A DNA stretch of 64,000 nucleotides from Chiloscyllium plagiosum (lineage: Eukaryota): contig NC_057718.1 of assembly GCF_004010195.1 (NCBI RefSeq), positions 69,563,589 through 69,627,588 of the forward strand, given 5' to 3'. The notes beneath the pieces were generated by a model. It worked only from the letters and a program-made list of their open reading frames with translations. It did no database searches and was not told the origin of the DNA. The position numbers and the translations under genes are program-made. Positions 1 through 13,041 of the stretch are shown in pieces (position 1 is the stretch's first letter; the number at the start of each line of letters is the position of its first letter).

Positions 1-271
1 ACCTAACACTACGGGCAATTTAGCATGGCCAATTCACCTGACCTGCACATCTTTGGACTGTGGGAGGAAACCGGAGCACCCGGAAGAAACCCACGCAGAC
101 ACGGGGAGAATGTGCAAACTCCACACAGTCAGTCGCCTGAGTCGGGAATTGAACCCGGGTCTCTGGCGCTGTGAGGCAGCAGTGCTAGGCGCTGTGAGGC
201 AGCAGTGCTAACCACTGTGACACCGTGCTGCCCACATGCCACCGTGCCGCCCACTAACCACCGTGCCGCCC
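1..271 (-). mobile_element. HE1-type V-SINE (tRNA-derived head plus V domain), cut by window edge, head internally multiplied
   Basis: Minus strand reads GGGCGGCACGG..CAGTGGTTAGCACTGCTGCCTCACAGCGCC..GGTTCAATTCC (Pol III A/B boxes), then the V-domain TGTGGAGTTTGCACATTCTCCCCGTGTCTGCGTGGGTTT. Confidence 0.9.
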
Positions 272-552
272 ACAAGTGGCATAAGGAATAACTGTTTTGA
301 GCATAAGGAATAACTGTTAAAATATTTGAACACATAATGATATCGGTGTCACAAGAAATATTTGGTATGGGATTTAGCATGCAAGGCAAAAAATAATTGG
401 ATACTTTCAAAGTGCTTGAGCTTTATATTAATGTGATCTGGGGAGCAACAACCAGACACGTGTGCATTATTTTCATTAGATTTTGGACATAAAATTGAAT
501 GAAACAAATGGCTGGACCTGTGTTTATTGGACAATCACAGAAGACATGATCA

Positions 553-648
553 GTTCTGATGAACGGTTACTGGACTGGAACATTGCCTCTGATTTCTCTC
601 CGCAGATACTGCAGGACTGCTGAGCTTTTCCAGCAATTCCTGTTTTTG
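553..648 (+). mobile_element. Decayed PLE pLTR fragment with degenerate hammerhead motif
   Basis: CTGATGA at 556 followed by the CAGATACTGC..GAGCTTTTCCAGCAATTCCTGTTTTTG pLTR end also seen at 20771 and 54190. Confidence 0.6.
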
Positions 649-1576
649 ATGGTGAAAGTAAACTGAGATTCTCTGAATTCCTGAAATTCTTCTCTCTTTT
701 ATTTCATATGTCATACTTCAGAAGCGATTCCTGCACAGGAATTCCTTTAATACTCAAAACTGTGACACTGATTACAGTGGAATCTCCAATAATCACAGAA
801 GCTGCTGCAAATACTCAGGAGGTCTGACAGCTTCTGTAGAGATGGGAGGGAGGATTAACATCTCAGGTCTATGAAAGGTTAAATTAAACCCAAGCCTCCA
901 AGTACTCAGAGGTCCTGAGTTTCCTAATCTTACATGACATTAGCACCTTCTGTATTTCATCCCTTTTAAACTCATTCTCACTTCTTTTTGTGAAATACTG
1001 TTCAATCTCTAATAAAATGTAACGACACATTCACAAAGGTCTGAACACTTTTCTTTATTATATAGAATCAGTTGTTTCCTTTCTCAATCTAAGAGTGCAT
1101 CAATCTGAGTGTAGAGAGTACAGACAGAGTCTGTTTGCTCACATGAGTTGCTTCATTAACCCTGACAGATTCTGAGCATTTTTGCAATTGGTTGCAATTC
1201 TCATTTGTGGCCAGTAGTGATCATTAACCTGTAGAACAGTGAAGTTCCTGGATCAGACAGACAGAGACAACAGACAATAATTATTCCCCTTGTGTTGAAT
1301 GATGCACGGTAGAAATAATAAGAGTGGGGACTGGCTGCCAATATATTTCCAGGGTGGGAAAGAGATCAGATAACCATTTCGAAAGTGACTGATTAATCCA
1401 GGAGAGTCAGAATGGATTTGTTAAGAATACGGTCAGATTAAATAAAAAAATCCTTGGGCTGAGTGAGACTGGGGAAAGTGTAAAAAAAATTGGTAATGGT
1501 CGACTGGCCCCCACCTACCAGCAAGATGTCTCACTGTGGGGGAGCTGGGTGGGCCCAAACAGAACCTCTCTTCTCC

Positions 1577-1880
1577 CCACTAGATTTTGTCATTTACATA
1601 AATGATTTGGATGCGAGCATAAGAGGTACAGCTAGTAAGTTTGCAGATGACACCAAAACTGGAGGTGTAGTGGGCAGTGAAGAGGGTTACCTCAAATTAT
1701 GACAGGATTTGGACCAGATGGGCTAATGGGCTGAGAAGTAACAGATGGAGTTTAATTCAGATAAATGCGAGATGCTGCATTTTGGGAAAGCAAATCTTCG
1801 CAGGACTTATAAACTTAATGGTAAGGTCCTAGGGAGTGTTGCTGAACAAAGAGACCTTGGAGTACAGGTTCATAGCTCCT
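1577..1880 (+). mobile_element. CR1 LINE ORF2 RT fragment
   Basis: Translates to FVIYINDLD...SKFADDTK(T)GGVV, the CR1 RT catalytic motif; in-frame stops. Confidence 0.9.
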
Positions 1881-1997
1881 CCCTCCAATGGAAACCATCA
1901 TAACCTTTGGAAATGAGCCTTCGTCCATAGAGTCCACTCTCCCTGGATGTTCTTCTTTCCTAGATAGGACTGGCGCCATTTAAGCTTCAAGTCTCTT

Positions 1998-4020
1998 GGA
2001 GTCATAGAGTTATAGAGATGTACAGCATGGAAACAGACCCTTTGGTCCAACTCGTCCATGCCGACCGGATATCCCAACCCAATCTAGTCCCACCTGCCAG
2101 CACCCGGCCCATATCCCTCCAAACCCTTCCTATTCATATACCCATCCAAATGTCTCTTAAATGTTGCAATTGTACCAGCCTCCACCACTTCCTCTGGCAG
2201 CTCATTCCATACATGTGCCACCCACTGCATGAAAAGGTGGCGCCTTAGGTCTCTTTTATATCTTTCCCCTCTCATCCTAAACCTATGTCCTCCAGTTCTG
2301 GACTCCCTGACGCCAGGGAAAATACTTTGCCTATTTACCCTATCCATACCCTATGCCCCTCATGATTTTATCACCCACTATAAGGGCACCCCTCAGCCTT
2401 CGACACTCCAGGGAAAACAGCCCCAGCCTATTCAACTTCTCCCTATAGCTCAAATCCTCCAACCCTGGCAACATCCTTGTAAAACGTTTCTGAACCCTTT
2501 CAAGTGTCACAACATCTTTCGGATAGTAAGGCGACCAGAATTGCACACAGTTCCAAAAGTGGCCTAACCAATGTCCTGTATAGCCGCAACATAACCTCCC
2601 AACTTCTGTACTCAGTACTCTGACCAAAAAAGGGAAGCATACCAAATGCCTTCTTCACTATCCGATCTACTTGCAACTCTATTTTCAAGGAGTTATGAAT
2701 CTGAACTCCAAGGTCTCTTTGTACAGCAACACTCCCTAGGACCTTACCATTTAGTGTATAAGTCCTGCTAAGATTTGCTTTCCCAAAATGCAGCATCTCA
2801 CATTTATTAAGATTGAACTCCATCTGTCACTGCTCAGCCCATTGGCCCATCTGATCAAGATCCCATTGCAATATAAGATGACTTGCTTCGCTGTCCACTA
2901 CACCTCCAATTTTGGTGTCATCTGCAAACTTACTAACTCTAGCTCTTATGCTGATATCCAAATCGTTTATATAAATGATGAAAAGTACAGGACTCAGCAC
3001 CGATCCTTGTGGCAATCCATTGGTCACAGGCCTCCAGTTTGAAAAACAACCCTCCACCACCACCCTCTGTCTTCTACCTTTGAACCAGTTCTATATCCAA
3101 ATGGCTAGTTCTCCCTGTATTCCATGATCATATAACCTTGCTCACCAGTCTCCCATGAGGAACCTTGTTGAACGCCTTACTGAAGTCCATATAGATCACA
3201 CCTACCACTCTCCCCTCATCAATAGATGTCACCATCTATTTCCCTACAGTCTATATCTTCCATATCCTTTTCCACAGTAAATACTGATGCAAAATATTCA
3301 TTTAGTATCTCCCCCATTTTCTGTGGCTCCACACAAAAGCTGCCTTGCTGATCATTGAGGGGCCCTATTCTCTCCCTAGTTACCCTTTTGTCCTTAATAT
3401 ATTTGTAAAAACCCTTTGGATTCTCCTTAATTCTATTTTCCAAAGCTATCTCATGTCCCCGTTTTGCCCTCCTGATTTCCCTCTTAAGTATACTCCTACT
3501 TCCTTTATACTCTTCTAAGGATTCACTCGATCTATCCTGTCTATACCTTACATATGCTTCCTTCTTTTTCTTAACCAAACCCTCAAATTTCTTTAGTCAT
3601 CCAGCATTCCCTATACCTAGCAACCTTCCCTTTCACCCTGACAGGAATATACTTTCTCTGAATTCTTGTTATGTCATTTCTGAAGGTTTCCCATTTTCCA
3701 GCCGTCCCTTTCCCTGTGAACATCTGCCTCCAATCAGCTCTCAAAAATTCTTGCCCAATAACATCAAAATTGGTCTTTTTCCAATTTAGAACTTCAACTT
3801 TTAGATCTGCTTTATCCTTTTCCATCACAATTTTAAAACAAATAGAATTATGGTCGCTGGCCCCAAAGTGCTCCCCCTTTGACACCTCAGTCACCTGCCC
3901 TACCTTATTTCCCAAGACTAAGTCAAGTTTTGCACCTCTCTCGTAGGTACATCCACATACTGAATCAGAAAATTGTCTTGTACGCACTTAAGAAATTCCT
4001 CTCCATCTAAACCTTTAATA
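1998..4020 (-). mobile_element. CR1 (HER1-like) LINE, 5'-truncated and internally deleted, with 3' UTR and short-repeat tail
   Basis: ORFs 3583-3987, 3219-3578, 2827-3063 (PQGSVL, FADDTK), 2500-2823 and 2084-2347; tail ..CTCTATAACTCTATGACTC; about 410 bp present in the 6825-8610 copy are missing at ~3223. Confidence 0.95.
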
Positions 4021-4029
4021 CAATGCAAA

Positions 4030-4700
4030 AAAGGGATATTGGTGTACATATCCACAGGACCCTTGAGGTTGTGGGACTGTTAGATAAGGTGGCTTGCCTT
4101 TACAGCTGAAGCATAGATTTTTAGAGCAGGGAAGTAATGTCAAAACTGTACAAATGTTGGTTCGACACAACAAGGGTAGTTTGTGTAATTCTGGAATCCA
4201 CATTTGGGGGGTGGGGGGAGGTGTAATTGCAGTGGAGACAGTGCTGAGAAGATTTACCAAGATGTTGCTGGGTCAGTGAACTTTAGTTCCAAAGACAAAA
4301 TAGAAAGACTGGGGTTGTTTTCCTTGGAGTAGGGAAGACTTAGTGGGGACTTGATTGAGATTTTAAATTATGAAGGCATAGATAGGCAGGCGAAGGTTCA
4401 ATGACTAGCGGAGACAAAGATTGAAGCTAATAGCAGGGGGTTTAGAGGAGATGTGAAGAAAATATGTTTCACCTAGAAAGTGATGGGAATCTGGAACTCA
4501 CTGCCTGTAAAGGTGGTAGATGCAGAAACCCACATAACATTTAATAAATATTTAGGTATGCATTTGCAATGTCAAAGCAGAAAAAGTTATAGGCCATTTA
4601 CTGGAAAATGGGATTGAAATGATTAGGCGCTTGTTTTTGACCAACGGAGAATCAATGGACTGAAGGGCCTTTTTCTGTGCTGTCGACATCTATCATTCTA
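4030..4700 (+). mobile_element. Old CR1 LINE 3' fragment
   Basis: Decayed ..VLRRFTKMLLG.. peptide and CR1-like 3' UTR (GAAGGGCCTTTTTCTGTGCTGT). Confidence 0.75.
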
Positions 4701-5111
4701 TGGCAATTCACAAAAATACCAATTCAAGATACAGATTTTTAATGCTGATATGATGTAAAATATATCGGGTCCCAAAGGCTGGCTGATCATTTAAAATGGT
4801 TGTTTTGTTTCTTTGTTTTCCCTTTGTTCCTTTTATTTTTCTCTCTTTTGCTTTGGAACTGAGAGTTGAAGTTGAGAATTGAATCTTGAACTTTGTACAC
4901 CAGGTTGTTTGCAAAATGAGAAGCAAACTATTGTGAACTGACCCAGAAAGATAATTACAGTTCTAAAGACAAAGTAGACATTTCAGTGCTGAGATGTTAC
5001 ACTCAGCGACTGGCCGTGGGTTGGATGTTGAATTAGTCAATTAAGGAAGGACCAGGGCTGGCTAGCCAACAACATGGAATGTTGAAAAAGAAAGAGAAAT
5101 CAAAGGATGAA

Positions 5112-5280
5112 CTAGCTCAAGGCATGCTGGAAACATTCCCTCTGCCCAGTGATAACTGCATGCCATGACAAAAACGCAATGTACAGAGCTTGCTTTCGAT
5201 GTCTTGTATCAGGAACATGAATGACATGAGCCGCCCAGTGTAGCTGACTCACCCCAACCAGTGCCTCTATACTGTGAGGC
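5112..5280 (-). mobile_element. RTE (BovB-like) LINE C-terminal fragment
   Basis: SIEALVGVSQLHWAAHVIHVPDTRHRKQALY resembles the RTE signature QLRWAGHVxRMPDxRLPKQLLY. Confidence 0.7.
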
Positions 5281-5287
5281 TGTAAAT

Positions 5288-6400
5288 TAGAAATAAAAAC
5301 AGAAATTGCTGGAAAAGCCCAGTTGGTCTGGCAGCATCTGTGAAGAGAAGCATTTTGGGTCCGGTGACCTTTCCTCATAACTGATGGTAGCTAGGAAAGT
5401 GTTAGTTTTTATGAAGAAGATATGTTGGTGGGGGGAGAAAGGAATAAATGATAGGTGGGTATAGAGCCCAAAGAGAGAGAAGAACAGTTGGAACAGTTGG
5501 AACAGTTGGAACAAGGGAGTGGAAAATGATCTAGCTAGGAGGATGTGTAGGTGTTAATGGATACTGTTAGTAGCTAATAGTGGTTGTGTGTAATAGTTAG
5601 TGGTTGTATGTAGATGAGATTAGATTAGATAACTTACAGTGTGGAAACAGGCCCTTCGGCCCACACTGACCCTCTGAAGAGTAACCCACCCCCATACATT
5701 TACCCCTTCACCTGATACTACGGGCAATTTAGTATGGCCAATTCACTTAACCTGCACATTTTTGGACCGTGGGAGGAAACCGGAGCACCCAGAGGAAACC
5801 CACACAGACACGGGAGAATGTGCAAACTCCACACAGACAGTCACCTGAGGCCAGAATTGAACCCGGTCTCTGGCGCTGTGAGGCAGCAGTGCGAACCACT
5901 GTGCTACCGTGCTGCCGTAATAGCAGACTATGTGATACCAAGGTCTGGTGTGTGGAGGTAGGGGCCAAGAGAGTTCAAGCCCTAAAGTTATTGAATTTGA
6001 TATAGAGTCCAGAGGCTGCAGGCTCCCCAGCAGAAAGTGAGGTGCTGTTCTTCTAGCTAATGCTGAGCTTTGATGGAGTACTGCATCAAGCCTGGGACAG
6101 GGAAGAGGGTGGTGTGTTGAAGTGGAAGGCAACTGGAAGCACTGGATCATTTTTGCAGGCAGAACATAGGAGTTCTGAGAAGCATTCATCCAGTCTATGC
6201 TTTGTTTCCCCAGTGTACAGGAGACCACATTGTGAGCAGTGAATGCAGTAGACTAGATTGCTTAAAGTGCAGCTAAAGCGATACTTCACCTGGAAGATAT
6301 GTTTGGGCCCTTGGATATTGAGGGAGGGAGGATGTAAATGTTACAGATTGCAGGGGACAGAGCTGACAGATTGCAGGAGGTGTTACAGATTGCAGGGGAC
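5288..6400 (-). mobile_element. Neptune-type Penelope-like element: GIY-YIG endonuclease end plus pLTR, interrupted by an HE1 SINE
   Basis: ORF 6086-6289 LVYCIHCSQCGLLYTGETKHRL..PVAFHFN (GIY-YIG with Cys pair); pLTR with decayed HHR near 5360-5380. Confidence 0.85.
5617..5916 (-). mobile_element. HE1-type V-SINE nested in PLE
   Basis: Head, V domain and (TAATC)n tail all recognisable. Confidence 0.9.
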
Positions 6401-6509
6401 ATTCCCTAGGCATCACTTCAGCCTGCCTGTCCCTTTCCCACCAATATTCTAGTGTTACTAATGATCCTGAAACTTAAACAGACCAGCCACAAAAATACTT
6501 TGACAGAGT

Positions 6510-6825
6510 AGAATCATCAAGTCATAGAATCATACAGCCCAGAAACAGATCCTTTGGTCCAATTCTTCCATGCCAACTAGGTAACCCAAACTGAAGTAGT
6601 CGCATTGGCCTGAATTTGGTTCATATCCTTTGAAACCTTTCCTATTCATGTACCTGACCAAATGTCTTTTAAATGTTCTAATTGTACCTGCTTCTACCAC
6701 TTCCTCTGGTAGTTCATTCAATGCCCTCTAGTTTTAGCTTCCCCTACCCTTGGAAAAAGATGTTGGCTCTTTCCTATTCATATCCCTGTCCAAATACCTT
6801 TTCAATGTTATGACTGCACCTGCAT
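6510..6825 (-). mobile_element. CR1 3' end fragments
   Basis: ORF 6530-6721 NELPEEVVEAGTIRTFKRHL. Confidence 0.8.
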
Positions 6826-8610
6826 AGAGTTGTAGAGATGTACAGCGCGGAAACTGACCCTTTGGTCCAACTCATCCATGCCGACCGGATATCCCAACCC
6901 AATCTAGTCCCACCTGCCAGCACCCGGCCTATATCCCCCCAAATCCTTCCTATTCATATACCCATCCAGATGCCTTTAAAATGTTGCAATTGTACCAGCC
7001 TCTACCATTTCCTCTAGCAACTCATTCCATACACTCTCTGAGTGAAAAAGTTGCCCCTTAGGTCTCTTTTATATCTTTCCCCTCTCACCCTAAACCTATG
7101 CCCTCCAGTTCTGGACTCCCCAACCCCAGGGGAAAGACTTTGTCTATTTATCCTATCTATGCCCCTCATGATTTTATCACCCACTATAAGGGCACCCCTC
7201 AGCCTTCGACACTCCAGGGAAAACAGCCCCAGCCTATTCAACTTCTCCCTATAGCTCAAATCCTCCAACCCTGGCAACATCCTTGTAAAACGTTTCTGAA
7301 CCCTTTCAAGTGTCACAACATCTTTCGGATAGTAAGGCGACCAGAATTGCACACAGTTCCAAAAGTGGCCTAACCAATGTCCTGTACAGCCACTATATGA
7401 CCTCCTAATTCCGAAACTCAATGCACTGACCAATATGCCGCCTTCACTATCCTATTTACCTGTGACTTCACTTTCAAAGAACTATGAACCTGCACTCAGA
7501 GGTCTCTTTGTTCACCAACACTGCCCGGGATCTTACCATTACGTGTATAAATCAGCCCTGATTTGCCTTTCCAAAATGCAGCTTCTCACATCTCTCTAAT
7601 TTAAACTCCATCTGCTACTCCCCAGCCCATTGGCCCATCTGATCAAGATCCCCTTGTATTCTGAGGTAACCTTCTTTGCTGTCCAGTACAATTCCATCTG
7701 TAAAATAGCGTCACTAGCTCATGGCAGAAATAATTAATCCCATTCTCCCCAACATGAGATCTAAGCTTGCTAATCAGTCTCCCATGGGGAACCTTGTTGA
7801 ACGCCTTACTGAAGTCCATATAGATCACACCTACCACTCTCCCCTCATCAATCCTCTTTGTTACTTCTTCAAAAAACTCAATCAAGTTTGTGAGACATGA
7901 TTTCCCACGCACAAAGCCATGTTGACTATCCCTAATCAGTCCTTGCCTTTCCAAATACATGTACACCCTGTCCCTCAAGATTCCCTCCAACAACTTGCCC
8001 ACTACCGACGTTTGGCTCACTGGTTTATCGTTCCCTGGCTTGTCCTTACCACTTTTCTTAAACAGTGGCACCACGTTAGCCAACCTCCAGTCTTCCGGCA
8101 CCTCACCTGTGACTATCGATGATCCAAATATCTCAGTAAGAGGCCCACTTCCCTAGCTTCCCATATAGTTCTTAGCTACACCTGATCTGGTCCTGGGGAA
8201 TTATCCACTTTTATGCGTTTCAAGACATCCAGCACTTCCTCCTCTGTAATATGGACATTTTTCAAGATGTCACCATCTAGCTCTCTACATTCTATATCTT
8301 CCATGTCCTTTTCCACAGTAAATACTGATGCAAAATACTCGTTTAGTATCTGCTCCATCTCCTGCGGCTCCACACAAAAGCTGTTTTGCTGGTCTTTGAG
8401 CGGCCCTATTCTTTCCCTAGTTACTCTTTTGTCCTTAATGTATTTGTAAAATCCCTTTGGATTCTCCTTAACTGTATTTGCCAAAGCTATCTCATGTCCC
8501 CTTTTTGCCCTCCTGATTTCTCTCTTAAGTATACCCCTACTGTCTTTATACTCTTCTCAGGATTCACTTGATATATCCTGCCTATATCTGACATATGCAT
8601 GCTTCTTTTA
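6825..8610 (-). mobile_element. CR1 (HER1-like) LINE, 5'-truncated
   Basis: ORFs 8176-8484 (KSPGPD-like), 7643-8101 (PEDWRLANVVPLFKK, QHGF, YMDFSKAF) and 7014-7433. Confidence 0.95.
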
Positions 8611-8624
8611 TCTAACATTTTGTC

Positions 8625-9170
8625 TCACAGTTCATTCTGCAATCAAACCACTGTGTGTGAAAGAAATTGCCCCTCAGGTCCCTTACAAACCTTTCTCCTC
8701 TCACCTGAAAAATATGCCCCTTAGCTTTGAACATGGGAAAATACCTTTGCTATTCACTTTGTCTATGCCCCTTATGATTTTATAAACCTCTGTAAAGTCA
8801 CCCTTCAGCCTTGGACTAGCTGCGAAAAAAGGTCCAGCTTATCCAACTTCTCCTTATAATTGAAACCCTCCATTCTCAGCAACATCTCTGCAAATGTTTT
8901 TTCTGCAAATGTTTCTAGTTTAATAATATCCTTTCTACAACACTGCAACCAGAATTGTATGCAATACTCTTAAACTTGTCTCACCAATTTCTTGTACAGC
9001 CGCAACATGATGTCCCAAATGCTATACTTTATGCTCTGACCAATGAGGGCAAGCATGTTAAATGCCTTCTTCACCACCTTGTCTACATGTGATACCGCTT
9101 TCATGAATGATAAACCTGCATCACTTAATCCCTCTGTTCAACAACACTCTCCAGGGCTCTACCATTGACT
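8625..9170 (-). mobile_element. Older CR1 fragment
   Basis: Diverged similarity to the CR1 copies at 2230-2750 and 7040-7540. Confidence 0.75.
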
Positions 9171-9772
9171 TATTTCTGTAAATATTCAGACAACTTTGAT
9201 CACAGAGATAACAATGCAACTGAAGCGTCTTAAATAGACAGTTCTAATGAAAGAAATCTGTCTGAAGAATTATTTCACCTCTGTTGGCTTGTGCAGTTTT
9301 TAATTCTTAAAATTTAATGCACTTCCCATTACCTCACTGTGGCATTAGAAAGTCTTGATATTTCTTTTGCAAACAGCAAGAAATGGTTTAATTTTTCTGT
9401 ACTGCCTGTTCTACTGCTGCTGCTTCATGGCACCGCAGTAATGGCTCAGAGGCAGTATATGTACATGTCTCATTGAGAAGCATACTTTATCCAATCTCAG
9501 TGAAACAGTAGAAATCAGTGCTGTTATTGAAAACCTTCAGCTGTCTCTATTTGCAACATAAACATCACAGAGAGGCACTCCAGGCTCCAGTTAGTTTCTT
9601 TAGTTAAACAAAAGATCATTGCATTCTCCAATTAATCTGTGTATTACACATGGAACTGCTTTTGTGCTTGCAAGATAGGCTGACTAGCAGAGAATTAATG
9701 AGAAATCAGAATTGGCTGAAATAAAGGATAGGGACAGCAGAGATTTATAGTTACTCAAAAATATCACATGTA

Positions 9773-10090
9773 AGGTAGTCGAATGGTATGTAACTAGACT
9801 AGTGATCTAGTGGCCTGCACTATAATAGGCAAACATGAGTTCAAATTCCACCAAAGCAGTTTGACAACTTGAATTCAATTTAATAAATTGAAACTGGATG
9901 TAATGAACAAAGATGGAATTAGTAAAAGAGAAATCAAAGGTGAAAGAAAACACCAACTTGTTCACAAGTATCTTTTAGGAATGAACTCAGCTTTTCTTTT
10001 TTAGACTGCTCCAATCCCACAACAGATTTGACTGCCATCTGCCCCTTAAGTTTTTCAGCCAACCACTTCACCTCATGAATGCTGTTTTTT
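9773..10090 (+). mobile_element. Decayed tRNA-derived SINE (same family as 40850-41133)
   Basis: Head ..ACTAGACTAGTGATCTAG..ATGAGTTCAAATTCCACCA (B-box-like), then GAATTCAATTTAATAAATTG; similarity to the 40850 copy. Confidence 0.55.
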
Positions 10091-10701
10091 TCAAACCAGC
10101 ATTTGAATAGCTGGGAGGTGACGAATACACAGATGAGAGTTTCAGGACCATATGAACTCAGGCAGTTGCAGAAGATGGTGAAACAGAAGAGGGTAAAACT
10201 GAAAAGGTGCAAGGATTGCACAAAGTCAGAGCTCAGCTTCAGGTCAAGTAGGCTTTAAAACAAACTGATGTGGGCCTACTGGAATTTGGCTTTGAGAAAC
10301 TGGATGTAATGAACAAAGATGGAATTAGTAAAAGAGAAATCAAAGGTGAAAGAAAACACCAACTTGTTCACAAGTATCTTTTAGGAATGAACTCAGCTTT
10401 TCTTTTTTAGACTGCTCCAATCCCACAACAGATTTGACTGCCATCTGCCCCTTACGTTTTTCAGCCAACCACTTCACCTCATGAATGTTGTTTTTTTCAA
10501 ACCAGCATTTGAATAGCTGGGAGGTGACGAATACACAGATGAGAGTTTCAGGAACATATGAACTCAGGCAGTTGCAGAAGATGGTGAAACAGAAGAGGGT
10601 AAAACTGAAAAGGTGCAAGGATTGCACAAAGTCAGAGCTCAGCTTCAGGTCAAGTAGGCTTTAAAACAAACTGATGTGGGCCTACTGGAATTTGGCTTTG
10701 A
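9890..10701. repeat. Direct tandem duplication, 2 x 406 bp
   Basis: 9890-10295 and 10296-10701; ORFs 9934-10221 and 10340-10627 are offset by 406; I count three substitutions. Confidence 0.97.
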
Positions 10702-10734
10702 ACGTATCTTTCAATCATCCTGATGGACAGACGG

Positions 10735-10758
10735 ACACACACACACACACACACACAC
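10735..10758. repeat. (AC)12 microsatellite
   Basis: Direct reading. Confidence 0.95.
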
Positions 10759-10918
10759 AGAAAATGGTAACTGAAATTTCTTTTCTAATTGGCTTTGGAT
10801 AAACGGCTGTATTTTGTGCAGTATACAGTTTATTGCCAGATGCTGATTCCTTGCACATAGCTCATTAAAGGCAGCCAAATAGGAAACAAGCATGATGCAC
10901 AGTACAGACTGCAATTTA

Positions 10919-11089
<171 letters not shown>

Positions 11090-12368
11090 TTAACAATTGT
11101 TGTAGCAAAAGTAGTTTTAAAAATTTTGAGAGTGGAGTTAGAATTTCAAAATCAAAATATATGTAAAGAGGAGAATAAGTATTTAAGTCCTGAAAAAGTT
11201 CCAGAATCACAAATAAAATTGGGAATACTTCTCGAACCTCTTCCACCAAGTCTCAATCAACAGATATACATATTCATGACATAAGCACAGATGTCAGTGC
11301 ACCTAAGGAACAGCTGTCTCTGGACTTTCCACATATTAAAGGTTTAGACTGGAAAATCAGCTACAGAGAGTCATCCTCAGTCCAGTGATGGTCAATGCAA
11401 ACATCAACAGCATCTTGTCTGTTGAGTAGGTACTTTACAATATTTGATCTTTGAGTTAGTTTGCTAAATTTAACAACTTCAGATCACAACACCCACTTCC
11501 AAATTTGCAGGCCATTATGTGCTAATACTAGTTCTACTGTTCCACTGAAACCTCCTCGAGACCCATTTTCTTTTTACCATTCTTCTACCACCGACCCCAA
11601 ACCCATTACCAAAACTCAGATTTCCTTGAAAACTCAAATTGCAATTGCTCCAGTTCTGATTGTACATCATTTATTTGAAACATTGACATAGTTTCTCTCT
11701 GAAGATTGATTGCTCTGCCTCAGTTAACCTATCCTGTCCAGTGGATGGCATCAACACCGTGCACAGGAATTTGCTACAAATTCAAATCATACAAATTTCA
11801 CTACGAAAAGATTTCATGCTCTAAGCATTCTTAATTTGAAACTCATTTTTTTGTAATTTACCTTGCATATTATGTTATTTACTTATCAATAAATTTATGA
11901 TCACTTTTAGAGTTATGTATTTATATCCAATATATAACCAGTGCGAGAAGTGTCAAGCTTCTGATGCTAACTTGTTTTAGGAGGTATTCTGACAAAACCC
12001 ACCTTTATGTTTTGTCGGGTTTGTTCTGTAAATAGGTTCCCTCTGCCCTAGGATATTCCTTGTCCGAGGAGATATCCCAAACATTGATTCAGGAACTGTG
12101 GAAAGATAAGCATGAAAATACAAGAAAAGAAAGTTCCAAAGCAATCATTCCATTCTTCAGTATCTTCTGATTATGACAAATCTACTTGTAAAATTGAGAA
12201 ACCTTAATTGATTACTGCGCACATTCACTTTACTAATTTTACAACTCTCTGAATGAATTTTTACACCAAAATGTAAAATTGAATTGCCTCAACAATTGCA
12301 ATATTTCCATAATATCTTCAAAACAATTTCAGTATTGCATATATTGGTACAGTAGCTAAAGAGCCTAC

Positions 12369-12542
12369 CAAGTTTTTGTACTTTATGTCTCCTTTGTTCT
12401 TTTGGATGCGGTGCATACTTTCTTCTCCTGCCAAGTAGGTAGCTTCTAGCTTGAGGGGTACGAGGTGATCTCAGTCGTGGTGAAACTGTATCATCAGAGG
12501 GTCTCACCTGTCGAGGATGACGTGTCTCTGATACTCTCGCCT
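12369..12542 (-). CDS. Candidate internal coding exon (174 nt, phase 1-1) of an unidentified host gene; basic, Arg/Pro-rich peptide
   Basis: Acceptor catgtcttttactttag|AG at 12543/12542, donor CTTG|gtaggc at 12369/12368; only one frame is open (xARVSETRHPRQVRPSDDTVSPRLRSPRTPQARSYLLGRRRKYAPHPKEQRRHKVQKL); CpG-rich relative to AT-rich flanks; no repeat similarity seen. Confidence 0.5.
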
Positions 12543-13041
12543 CTAAAGTAAAAGACATGCCTAGAATTAATTACCTTCTAGTGCGTACTTAAGTCTGCAA
12601 TTATAAACTTGGATCAATATAGCTGTTTTCGATTCATACGCTGCCCTGTGTTGCTTCACAAAGATAAGGAAAAGAATGCCACGCCAAAGGAGAAGATACA
12701 AATAAAAGGAAAACAGATGAATTTTGAAGCTGTCTAAAAAGGGAAGGAACTGAAGAGATAATCAGAAATAGAATACCCGAGGGAAAGGGTCAAGGTAGCT
12801 GCTGGGGTAGGATGATACACCCAAGATTAGAGTAAGGAAAATTGACCTTGGGGTAGGCTAAAGGGCTGGAGGGAAAGGTAAGGGTAAGATTGTGAAGAAT
12901 TTCAATACCAGATAAGATTTTATATTTTGCATTTTCAGTGGCCCACAGATCAAAGTACTTCAGTGAGGATAATGCAATGTGAGCAGGGCTCACTGAGGAA
13001 CAGAGTACATGCCACATAGTTTTGTATTGGCAACATTTACT

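Noticed and set aside
9934..10627. Two near-identical 95-aa ORFs as a duplicated gene
   Set aside because: They arise from the 406-bp tandem duplication, overlap a decayed SINE on the opposite strand and show no recognisable domain
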